DNA of 64,000 nt from Squalus acanthias (Eukaryota). Location: positions 63,676,001-63,740,000 of the forward strand of contig CM059432.1 in assembly GCA_030390025.1 (NCBI GenBank), in the 5' to 3' direction. This document shows, one piece after another, positions 1 to 10,299 of the stretch. Below the pieces are notes generated by a model that worked only from the letters and a program-made list of their open reading frames with translations, was not told the origin of the DNA and made no database searches. Both the position numbers and the translations under genes were made by a program. Position 1 is the stretch's first letter. Every line of letters begins with the position of its first letter.

Positions 1-99
1 TGCTCCTCTGGGATTTTGGAAATTTTCAGGTGGCCCAGGGATGCCAATGGAGGATAATAGAGTGGAGAAGCCTGCCCCAAAAAAGCCACTCGTACAATT

Positions 100-310
100 T
101 TTCTTGGACCACACTGCCCACCCCGCAGCATGCAATTGACGCTGGACGCTCTATTTCCATCCCCTACCACTTCGAGCCGGAAAAGGAGGACCCAGCTTTT
201 TGGACTCAAGGGAAAGAGGCTCATGAAGAGCATGATCTGGGTCCATGAAAGGAAATAGCCTTGGCAGTGAGTGCCACCTCCACTAAGGCCCACGTGGCTA
301 CTCAGTTCCT
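100..310 (+). pseudogene. Degraded fragment of a Harbinger-associated Myb/SANT-like gene
   Basis: One frame reads EIALAVSATSTKAHVATQ, resembling the W.EI...V.A.S..PR...QC segment of the Myb exon at 32680-32925; disrupted. Confidence 0.3.
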
Positions 311-349
311 CTTTTCTAGTCCAGGACACGATCCTAACCGGGACCACTT

Positions 350-452
350 GAAATAAAACCAGAAAATTCTGGAAATATTCAGCATGCCAGGCAGCATCTG
401 TGGAGAGAGAAACAGAGTTAACATTTCAGGTCGGTGACTTTTCATCAGACCT
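350..452 (-). mobile_element. Penelope-like element terminal fragment
   Basis: Same GGAAATA.TCAGCA.G.CAGGCAGCATCTGTGGAGAGAGAAACAGAGTTAAC.TTTCAGGTC motif as 7868-9140, 28730-28830 and 52189-52255; ends in a hammerhead-like core. Confidence 0.65.
416..452 (-). ncRNA. Minimal type I hammerhead ribozyme motif (degenerate)
   Basis: Minus strand reads AGGT-CTGATGA-A-AAGTC-ACC-GACCT-GAAA-T-GTT-AACT: CUGAUGA and GAAA cores, a short stem II, GUU triplet and a 4-bp stem I with one mismatch. Confidence 0.55.
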
Positions 453-1159
453 GTGGGTGGGTACACCTGGTATCTTTGACGACCCTAAGCCAGATTCTTT
501 GAGGGCCAGCGACACAGGAACACCCCAGCCATCAGCCTTTCTTACACCAATGGCCTTGTTTTGAGTGGCTAGTGGCTTTGTCCCCACCAGGCCATCCTGG
601 ATGCTCCAATATTTGGCTCGGACCCAGTGTACACAGGTTCCAACCTAATTTCTGGCCCTTCCAGCACACTCTTGCTGAAGTTACATTGGCTGTGTGTAGA
701 TTTTCAGCTGTCATCAGTTGAAATATAGCCCTGAATAGAGATCTATGACCAGGGTCATTGCTTAATGGTGACAGAATAAGTTACGGTTTGATATATTACA
801 TGAGATTCCAGGATTTTCACCAGAATTTTAGGATCACAATTTGGTTCCTTTTCTGTGGAAGTTGAAAACTAAAGGTATGAAAACAAGTGATTATACTGAG
901 AGTGCAGTGGGACATAAGGTTGTTGTACCTTAAGAGCAGGTATACCAAATGGCCTTAATATTGATCTGTACCCTGTGCTTGTGCATTAGTTATGTGTATT
1001 ACGCACAAAGGATGTTGTTCCTCACCTGACTTGAAGCAGGCCTGCATTTGCAAGTTCAGGTCATTTGCAAGGCCCCAACAAACCCCTAATGCAAATCCGA
1101 CTTACTTGTTAAACACAACTGCTTTGGTGCCAAATATTAGGTAACAGCATTTGCAAGCG

Positions 1160-4100
1160 TACGTTAGCATCGTGGTTATGTTAATGGACTAGTTCTCCAG
1201 AGGCCTGGACTAATGATCTGGAGACATGAGTTCAAATCCCACCACAGCAGCAGCGGAATTGAAATTCAGTTAATTAAATAAATCTGGAATAAAAAGCTAG
1301 TATCAGTAATGGTGACCATGAAACTACCAGATTGTCGTAAAAACCCATCTGGTTCACTAATGTCCTTTGGGGAAGGAAATTTGCCGTCTGCACCTGATCT
1401 GGCCCATGTGTGACTCCAATGTGGTTGGCTCTTAACTGCCCTCTGAAATGGCCTAGCAAACCACTCAGTTGTACCAAACCGCTACAAAGAAGCATACTAA
1501 GAATAAAACTGGATGGACCACCTTGCATCAAACTCAGCACCGGACATGACGAAGGCACACCCACCCCAGTCGAGCCTGTAAAGACCTCCTTGCTAACATC
1601 TGGGTACTTGTGCCAAAATTGGGAGAGCTGTTCCACAGACTAGTCAAGCAATAGCCTGACATAGTCATACTCACAGAATCATACCTTTCAGCCAATGTCC
1701 CAGACTCCTCCATCACCTTGGTATGTCCTGTCCGACCGGCAGCACAGTGGTATACAGTCAGGAGGGGTTGGCCATGGCAGTCCTCAACATAGACTCTGGA
1801 CCCCATGAAGTCTCATGGCATCAGGTCAAACATGGGCAAGGAAATCTCCAGCTGATTATCACCTACCTCCCTCCCTCAGCTGATGAATCAGTACTCCACC
1901 ATGTTAAACACCACTTGGAAGAAGCACTGACATTAGCAAGGGTACAGAACCTGGGTGGGGGACTTCAATGTCCATCACCAAGAGTGGCTCAGTAGCACCC
2001 TGGTTCAATGAGGTGTATAGAAGAGAATGCCAAGAGCAGCACTAGGTGTACCTGAATATGAGGCACCAACCTGGTGAAGCTACAACACTGGTGAAGCTAC
2101 ATTCATGCTAAACAGCAGAAGCAGCATGCTACAGACAGAGCTAACCGATCCCATGATCAACGGATCAGATTAAAGCTCTGCAGTCCTGTCACATCCAGTC
2201 ATGAATGGTGGTAGACCATTAAACAACTAATGGGAGGAGGAGGCTCCATGAATATCCCCATCCTCAATGATGGTGGAGCCCAGCATGTGAGTGCAAAAGA
2301 CAAGGCAACCATCTTCAGCCAGAAATGCCGAGTGGATGATTCATCTCGGCCTCCTCCTGACATCCCATCATCACAGAAGCCAGTCTTCAGTTAATTCAAT
2401 TCACTCCACGTGATAACAAGAAAAAGCTGAGCGCACTGGATACAGCAAAGGCTATGGGCCCCAACACCATCCCGGCTATTGTACTGAAAACCTGTGCTCG
2501 ACAACTAGCCACACCTCTAGCTAAGCTGTTCCAGTACAGCTGCAACACTAGAATCTACCTGACAATGTGGAAAACTGCCCAGGTATGTCCTGTCCACAAA
2601 AAACAGGACAAATTACCGCCCCATCAGTCTACTCTCAATCATCAGCAAAGTGAGGAAGGTGTCACGACAGTGAAATTAAGCGGCACTTACTCACCAATAA
2701 TCTGCTCACCGATGCTCAGTTTGGGTTCCGCCAGGACCACTCGGCTCCAGACCTCATTACAGCCATGGTCCAAACATGGACAAAAGAGCTGAATTCCAGA
2801 GGTGAGGTGAGAGTGACTGCCCTTGACATCAAGGCAGCATTTGACTGAGTGTGGCATCAAGGAGCCCTTGTAAAACTGAAGTCAATGGGAATCGGTGGGG
2901 GGGGAGGGGGAAACTCTCCACTGGCTGAAGTCATACCGAGCACAAAGGAAGATGGTTGTGGTGGTTGAAGGTCAATCATCACAGCCCCAGGACATCGCTG
3001 CAGGAGTTCCTCAGGGCAGTGTCCTATGCCCAACCATCTTCAGCTGCTTCATCAACGACCTTCCCTCCAACATAAGGTCAGAAGTGGGGATGTTCTCTGA
3101 TGATTGCACAGTGTTTAGTTCCATTTGCAACTCCTCAGATAATGAAGCAGTCAGTGCCCGCATGCAGCAAGACCTGGACAACATTCAGGCTTGGGCTGAT
3201 AAGTGGCAAGTAACATTTGCGTCACAGAAGTGCCAGGCAATGACTATCTCCAACAAGAGACAGTCTAACCACTGCTGTTTGACAGTAACTGTATTACCAT
3301 CGCTGAATCCCCCACCATCAACATCCTGGGGGGTCACCATTGACAAGAAAAATAACTGAAGCATCCACATAAATACTATGACTACAAGAGCAGGTCAGAG
3401 GCTAGGTATCCTGTGGTGAGTGTCTCACCTCCTGACTCCCCAAAGCCTTTCCACTATCTACAAGGCACAAGTCAGGAGTGTGATGGAATACTCTCCACTT
3501 GTCTGGATCAGTGCAGCTCCAACTAAAAGGGTTTTTACTAGTCCTAGCCCTTATCGGGCTACCCCGGATCAGGCGTATTCCCCAGACGTTCACCTTCAAC
3601 TAAAGTTAGAGGTAGCCGAATCCTAAAGAAGCTTAATTGTGTCTAAGGTCCAGACTATCTCTCCCTAAAGGAAAGGAACGACCTGAAGATGTTACCGTCC
3701 TCCAGATAGCACTTTTAATAAGTTTAGCTAGACTATAACCTTCTGGATATTATGAGGGTCCGGAAAACTCCCCAAGAATTCTGCAACTCCTCACCAAAGA
3801 GTGTACAGAGATTGAGTTCATGAGTTTGATACAGAAGTACTATTTGAGACAATTCTAAAAATATATAGATTTATTAAAGAACTGACATGTAGTTTACAGC
3901 TGGTGATTCAATCGCAACTTTAACAATTCCAAATACAAAAAGCTTACAATTCTTATCATCAGAGATCCTTAGTCTCAAATCTTAACTTCATTACATTTTT
4001 ACATTTCTTACTTAGTCTTATTCCAGGACACCCACCAAAATCAAATACCTTGATCCCCGAGACTTAGAGTTGAAAACTTACAGAGCTTGCCTCTGAAGTC

Positions 4101-5427
4101 TGAGAACCACTTTGCCCCTTCCAGCGAATTCTGTCTTCCCATTTGAAAATCCAATCTTTATACTCTTTCTCAGTGGTATAGCCTTTGAAGTTTTCTGCTG
4201 ATGTAAGCTAATTATCTCTAGTCATTTTTCTGTTGACCCCTTCTATTCTTACAGTTAGTTCAGCTTGTAGCTTTCAGACTCATGTCTCTACCTTTAGGTG
4301 TTTCTAGCTTATCATAAAAAACGGTTGTAACAGGTGCATCTATTTGATGCCATTCTTACGAAAGTCTTCTATTCAATTCTTAAGTCACCTCAGCTGGTTG
4401 TAAGCAGACTTCGTGTCTCCTAGGTGTTCCAAGTTCAACACAAAAACAATGTGATGGCTGATGCATCCATTGATGCCATATTTATGAAAGTCTTCTGTTT
4501 GTATCTTTTTACAACATGTAAATTAAAAACACCTCAACCGGGTATCTCATTGTCTTCTTAGCTACCTCAGTTGGTTGTACCACAGACTACTGTCTCCGTG
4601 TTCTAAGTTTAACATAAAAATGATTTGATGGCAGGTGTTCCTTTTACTTGATGTCATTTTTACGAAGGCATATGTTTCTTTAATGTTCTGTGTTTCATTT
4701 CAAAGTATTGGTTTGAGACACTTTACCTGGGTATGGTATTGTCTTTTTTCCAAGGCTTCAGACTTTCTGGAAGCTCTAACCCTCTGCTTCAATAGGGCTA
4801 TTGTTTCAGTGTCAACAACTTATCTTATCTCAAAAGCCTGTATGCTGTTTACAGCTTTTCATTGTTGAGGCTTCCAGATTTCCAAGCCCAGTATGTCATG
4901 TTTAATAAAGTCAGAATTCTTTCATAGGATGGTGTATTTTTCTGAATATGGCATATTCCTTCACACAACAACACTCAAGAAGCTCGACACCATCCAAGAC
5001 AAAGCAGCCCGCTTGATTGGCACCCCATCCACACCTTAAACATTCACTCCCTGCACCACCAGTGCACCATGGCTGCAGTGTGTACCATCAACAAGATGCA
5101 CTGCAGCAACTCACCAAGACTTCTTCGGCAGCACCTCCCAAACCCACGACCTCTTCCACCTAGAAGGACAAGGGCAGCAGGCGCTTGGGAACACCACCAC
5201 CTCCAAGTCACACACCAGCCTGACTTGGAACTATATCACTGTTCCTTCATCATTGCTGGGTCAAAATCCTGGAACTCCCTCCCTAACAGCACTGTGGGAG
5301 TACCTTCACCACATGGACTGCAGTAGTTCAAGAAGGCGGCTCACCACCATTTTCTCAAGGGCAATTCGGGATGGGCAATTTAAGCTGGCCTTGCCAGCGA
5401 AGCCCATATCCCATGAGCAAATAAAAA
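1160..5427 (+). mobile_element. Decayed LINE (CR1/L2-group-like, APE endonuclease + RT) with tRNA-like 5' head, interrupted by a solo LTR
   Basis: A-box-like TAGCATCGTGG 1165-1175 and B box GTTCAAATCC 1230-1239; APE start ANIWVLVPKLGEL near 1592; RT motifs DIKAAFD, GVPQGSVLCPTIFSCFINDLP, FSDD; resumes at 4966 and ends A-rich near 5427; colinear with 25735-29015. Confidence 0.85.
3524..4965 (-). mobile_element. Solo LTR (~1.44 kb), ERV/LTR-retroelement type
   Basis: Splits LINE sequence CTCCAAC|AACACTC with 4-bp TSD CAAC (3520-3523, 4966-4969); one end ...CCTTCACA; minus-strand TATAAA near 4160 and AATAAA near 3873; three imperfect internal repeats about 4260-4680. Confidence 0.7.
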
Positions 5428-6199
5428 TGTGTGATTCTCAGAAACCATTAAGAAATAAAACATTTTTACTTACCTGGGCCTCTTCTGGCCCTGGAGACTA
5501 CTCACGCCAGTTTCCCTGGGTGCGTTTGGCACTGTGCGCAAGTTGTGTGGCCCAGTGTTAAAAATATGTTGTGATCTAAATGATAACATCAGACCCCGAC
5601 TTTTGCATTTCTGTGAGCCCTTCGCCTGCTTGGGGCAAGGGCCTCACACATTGGCCAAAGCACACCTGTAAAAATGGTGTGTGGCGCAAAGTGAATGTAG
5701 GGTACTGCTCCAATTTTAACATAACCCAATCGTGTCGGGCATCTGAGTGGTGGGGGTGGGGGGGGGGGATTTAAAATCGGGTCTGTTATATTTTCTATTC
5801 TGCATGGCCGGTAGAACCAGTGAGGAATGAGTAAATGGGAGCGAGGAAATCAGAGCAGAGATCCCTGACCATTTTCTACCGCTTACAATCTTTTGGCTGG
5901 TCTTTGAGACTGGCCTGGAGTTTTCTTACTTGAAAAATGCAGCAACTTTATTTACATATTTAAATGAATGATAATGACAGTTTAATGCGCACAATTACAT
6001 TTTGATAATTCTCCCCAGGGATGGGGCTGTACACTCATTTCCTCTTGTGAAATGGGCAATGAGGATCAGGTTGGTTCTGGGTAACTACTCAAAGGGGGAC
6101 CAACTGGATTTTTCATGTGATCTTTTCTGAAAATGGGCTTTAAACAGTGGATTTCTATTTGGTTGTTGTTTTTGACTTTTTTGGTAGGAACATTTTTGA

Positions 6200-6870
6200 T
6201 AGCTACAATTATGAATCAGAATTTGGGAACTTCTTCCTTGCCGTGTTATTTGAGGGAGGAATAATGGGATGAAGGGAGGAGGGGTGCAGATTAGATTGCA
6301 CCAGAAACTCTGTGTACAGATTCAGGCACATCTTACCTAGGAATATCCAAAGGCAGTGACAGAGTTGTGCTGTCAATTGGGATCTGATGTGCAGACAACC
6401 TCCACCACAGGAAGGGCACTGCCAGTAGCTGTCAGGGTTACCACAGCCCTGAACTTTTCTTCCTCTAGCTCATTCCACAGAGGACATCAGCAATATTTAT
6501 AAATCTGCAGTACACAGGTCACTGATGTATTGTTCACCAGGGCAAACACCCTCATCACTTTCACCTTGGAACACCAACAGCAGAATGAGGGCACTGCAAT
6601 TTTTGCACATTGTACAATTCCCCAGGGTCTCATTTATGTGGCCACCTGAGACCCTGCATACAATGGTATGACCTTCATGAGCCACAAGGGCTTCCACTTC
6701 ATCCATATGCATTGGCCAGTGACTGGAAACACCGGATCAGTCAGATGAATGCACACTTCCAGGCAGCAATCATGATACCTTTATTTTAAGACAAGGGTGA
6801 TTTGAAGGAGAAGGCAGATTTCAAGTATGGCTGCTGGGAAATTAAAGCTACCCTCTTCAAATGCTGGATC
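6200..6870 (+). pseudogene. Old Harbinger DDE transposase remnant
   Basis: Reads KAVTELCCQLGSDVQTTSTTGRALPVAVRVTTALNF and later GSNHDTFILRQ, WLLG; homologous to 22896-24047; stops and frameshifts. Confidence 0.7.
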
Positions 6871-7300
6871 GAATCATGAGATGTTAGACCATATTATTCA
6901 CTTCTGCTCATTCTGATTATTCTGATCAGGAGTCTATTTACGCATGCATCTGGAATGTACATGATGACCTTTATCAGGACCTGTCACATTTCCGATATTT
7001 GGGTGGAAGTCCTGCACTACAAACGGGCATTAAAGAGAAGCCAGTTAAAGTCCCAAACTAAAGGGACAGAAGGCAACAACTTGAAAAGCCTTTCTAAATT
7101 TTTTAATTTAATTTATTTTATCCCTTGTTTTTCTGATCAGACAATGGAAGGAATGTCTGTGAAATGAGAGAAGCAGCAGAGTAAACTTTCTATCCAGTCC
7201 CTGCATTCAAAAGCCTCCTCACAATTCTCCTTTATGATAATGTTTTTAATTCTCGATTGTAGCATCTCTCCTCTCTCTTAGTTTCTTTCTTTCTTTACAG

Positions 7301-7321
7301 GTATATAGTTGGTGAAGAAAG
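7301..7321 (+). other. Candidate 21-nt host micro-exon
   Basis: Long polypyrimidine tract ending TTACAG at 7300, then GTATATAGTTGGTGAAGAAAG followed by GTAACG; only one frame (YIVGEE) is open. Confidence 0.35.
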
Positions 7322-7693
7322 GTAACGTTCTTTAGGGACTAGATGTTGCACTGGGTTAAACTGGCCATTTGCCTCTTGAACCTGGTTTCAGAACCAGCCG
7401 AGACAGACGTTTTTCCCTTTTGTGGGGGCCATATATGGAATTAGTAGAGGTCGTTGCAAAGGAATCCCTAATGGTCCCGGACCTACAACATAAAACAGGC
7501 ATTAAATTAGCCACCTCACCCAGAAAGACCACAAAGTTGACTAGCCTAGGAAATAGAAAATGTCACACTGGTGCAGTAAGTGGAGATCTGAGTAGCTTGA
7601 GCCAAGGGACATTATTGATCCAGGGTAAAGAGAACCTAATTCTGCATCTAAATATGTAATACCTGACCAGAGAGTGGTTGATGCTGACCTTGG

Positions 7694-7817
7694 GGAGGTA
7701 ATTATGACTTTGTGTAAAATGGGTGATAGCAAATCGGCAACACGTTTTACATCTCTCCAGGGCTGCCGATTTGCTATCACACGTTTTACATTATCGCACA
7801 AAGTCAAAATTATCCCC
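7694..7817. mobile_element. Short hairpin MITE
   Basis: Inverted arms GTGATAGCAAATCGGCA / TGCCGATTTGCTATCAC and GGTAATTATGACTT / AAGTCAAAATTATCC; related pieces at 42765-42829 and 52801-52957. Confidence 0.65.
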
Positions 7818-7973
7818 TGAGTGTCCGAAGTGGGAAGGTTTCCATTACCCAGCATCAACATCCACATACAAAAGCAAAATACTGTGGATGCTGGAAATCT
7901 GAAACAAAAACAGAAAATGCTGAAAATACTCAGCAGGTCAGGCAGCATTTGTGGACAGAGAAACAAAGTTAAT

Positions 7974-9106
7974 GGTCCGAAACTTACGGTCCTGATGACG
8001 GCGAACTGGCAGCGTTCGCTGTCATTTCGCCTTTGAAACTGACCGCAACTCCAGGATTTAGCGCATGCGCAGCCTAACGCGGAAATCCCGAAGTTGTGGT
8101 CTATCATTCACTGCTCCGACACCGGCTGTGCTGTGAACATCACACCCCAGAACCCCCCAGAGCAGGAAATCAGTGAAATTACTGATCTGACAACAATTTA
8201 CCAAACAAATATTGCTGTTAAAAAACCCATAAAATGTTAGATCCATTCAAATGAGGTGAAACTGGGTTTTTAACGACGATCTGAGTAATAACCACTGATA
8301 AACAACCGTTCTGGCCCTGAAAAACTAATATTATATTGGTGGAATGTTAAATTTCACCATTAGTTAAAAATTATTAGATTTTAAAATGAATAAAATAACA
8401 TTTCTTTTTTAAAGTTTGTTCATGATATTTCAGCTTCTACCTTAACCCAATGTGTATTTCCCAATCTTTATTTCGCTATCTGTAAATTTTTTAAAAAGCG
8501 ATTGATTAGCAACATAGGAACAGGAGTAGGTCATTTAACCCCTCGAGTCTGTTCCGCCATTCAATGAGATCATGGCTGATCTGCGACCTACCTCCATATA
8601 CCCGCCTTTGGTCCATATCCCTTAATACCTTTGGTTAACATAAAGCTATCAATCTCAGATTTAAAATTAACAATTGATCTAGCATCAATTGCCATTTGCG
8701 GAAGAGAGTTCCAAACTTCTACCACCCTTCGTGTGTAGAAGTGTTTCCTAATTTCACTCCTGAAAGGTCTGGCTCTAATTTTTAGAGAATGCCCCCTAGA
8801 CTCCCCAACCAGCAGAAATAGTTTCTCTCCATCTACCCTATCTGTTCCCCTTAATATCTTGATTATTAGTGCTTTCTATTTCCTGGTTCGCTGTCTGAAA
8901 ATTCTGCAATGTGATTGTCTGCTGAGACAGCTTGTTGACGTCACAGTAGCTCGCACTCGGGCTTTCCACTAAACTACTTTGATATTAAACTGTACGTCGG
9001 AAAAGCCGAACTTCTCGCCACAGAGATCATGAAATCTTTGTGGGAAGCTTACTTCGGGGTCAACTGCAAACGCCTTTGCTTCGCCGCTGACCGCAAATTA
9101 CGGGCC
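7974..9106. mobile_element. Non-autonomous PIF/Harbinger-type transposon
   Basis: Imperfect TIRs GGTCCGAAACTTACGGTC / GGCCCGTAATTTGCGGTC (14/18); 3-bp TSD AAT/AAC; related to 38331-39098 and 53411-54125. Confidence 0.7.
8511..8860 (-). mobile_element. CR1 LINE 3' fragment nested in 7974-9106
   Basis: Reverse complement of the CR1 3' end (GATCAGCCATGATCTCATTGAATGGCGGA...CTACTCCTGTTCCTATGTT), as at 47140-47228. Confidence 0.8.
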
Positions 9107-9464
9107 AACGTTTCAGGTCGATGACCTGTCGTTAGAACTGGAAAATGTTAGAGATGTAACAGGTTTTAAGCAAGTACAGAGGCAGGGAAAGGCGGGAGGG
9201 GAGGAAAGAACAAAAGGGAAGGTCTGTGATAGAATGGAAGGCAGGAGAGATTAAATGACAAAAGGGATGATGGTGCAAGGCAAAAGGAGATGGTAATGGG
9301 ACAAGTAAAGATACAAAAGATGGGTCTAGAGGAGGTTTAAATGGGAATAGCAGAATCGTGCTTGCGTCTATTTGCAACACAAGTGGGTGAGACCAGATTT
9401 CTGATTGGTTCCCTTGGAGGACACAACATACCCAACAATTTGTCTGGAATGTGTAATTTGATCA

Positions 9465-10072
9465 TGTCTGCTGAAACCCTCATCCATGCTTTTGTTACTT
9501 CTAGATTTGACTATTCCAATGCACTCCAGGCCGGCCTCCCACATTCTACGTAAACTTGAGGCCATCCAAAACTCGGCTGCTCATGTCCTAACTCGCACCA
9601 AGTCCCATTCACCCATCACCCCTGTGCTCGCTGACCTACATTGGCTCCCCGTTAAGCAATGCCTCAATTTCAAATTTTCATCCTTGTTTTCAAATCCCTC
9701 CATAGCCTCACCCCTTCCTATCTCTGTAATCTCCTTCAGCCCCACAACCCCCTGAGATATCTGCACTCCTCTAATTCTGCCCTCTTGAGCATCCCTGATT
9801 ATAATCGCTCAACCATTGGTGGCCGTGCCTTCTGTTGCCTAGGCCCTAAGCTCTGGAATTCCCTGCCTAAACCTCTCTGCCTCTCTACCTCTCTTTCCTC
9901 CTTTAAGACGCTCCTTAAAACCTACCTCTTTGACCAAGCTTTTGGTCACCTGCCCTAATTTCTCCTTATGTGGCTCGGTGTCAAATTTTTTGTCTTTTAA
10001 TATTCCCATTAAGCGTCTTGGGACGTTTTACTACATTAAAGGTGCTATATAAATACAAGTTGTTGTTGTTGC
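9465..10072 (+). mobile_element. L2 LINE 3' fragment
   Basis: AETLIHAFVTSRFDYSNA, HITPVL-like SPITPVLADLHWLPV, GGRAF...PKLWNSLP, FKTLLKTYLF; tail GCTATATAAATACAAG(TTG)n. Confidence 0.85.
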
Positions 10073-10299
10073 TGTAGAGTAATTCAAGTTCTCTGCAATT
10101 TGTAATTTGATCCAGCCATTTTCAGGCAGGCTACAGAGTTCAGAGTGCTGCTGTGATTGTACAGTATGGCTAAGGAAGGTACAAATCATGTGAGAATGGT
10201 GATATGGTAGAATGTACAAAGTGGAGCTATAGTTAGCTTTGTGAAGATCCACCTTATCTAGTATTCTACAATTGTAATTATAGTTGTCCTTGGCCGGTA

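Larger units (their letters stand above)
7868..9355 (-). mobile_element. Penelope-like terminal region with hammerhead motif, split by a DNA transposon
   Basis: 7868-7973 and 9107-9355 join into ...AAAGTT-AAC-GTTTCAGGTCGATGACCTGTCGTTAGAACTGG...; minus strand AGTT-CTAACGA-C-AGGTC-ATC-GACCT-GAAAC-GTT-AACT. Confidence 0.7.
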
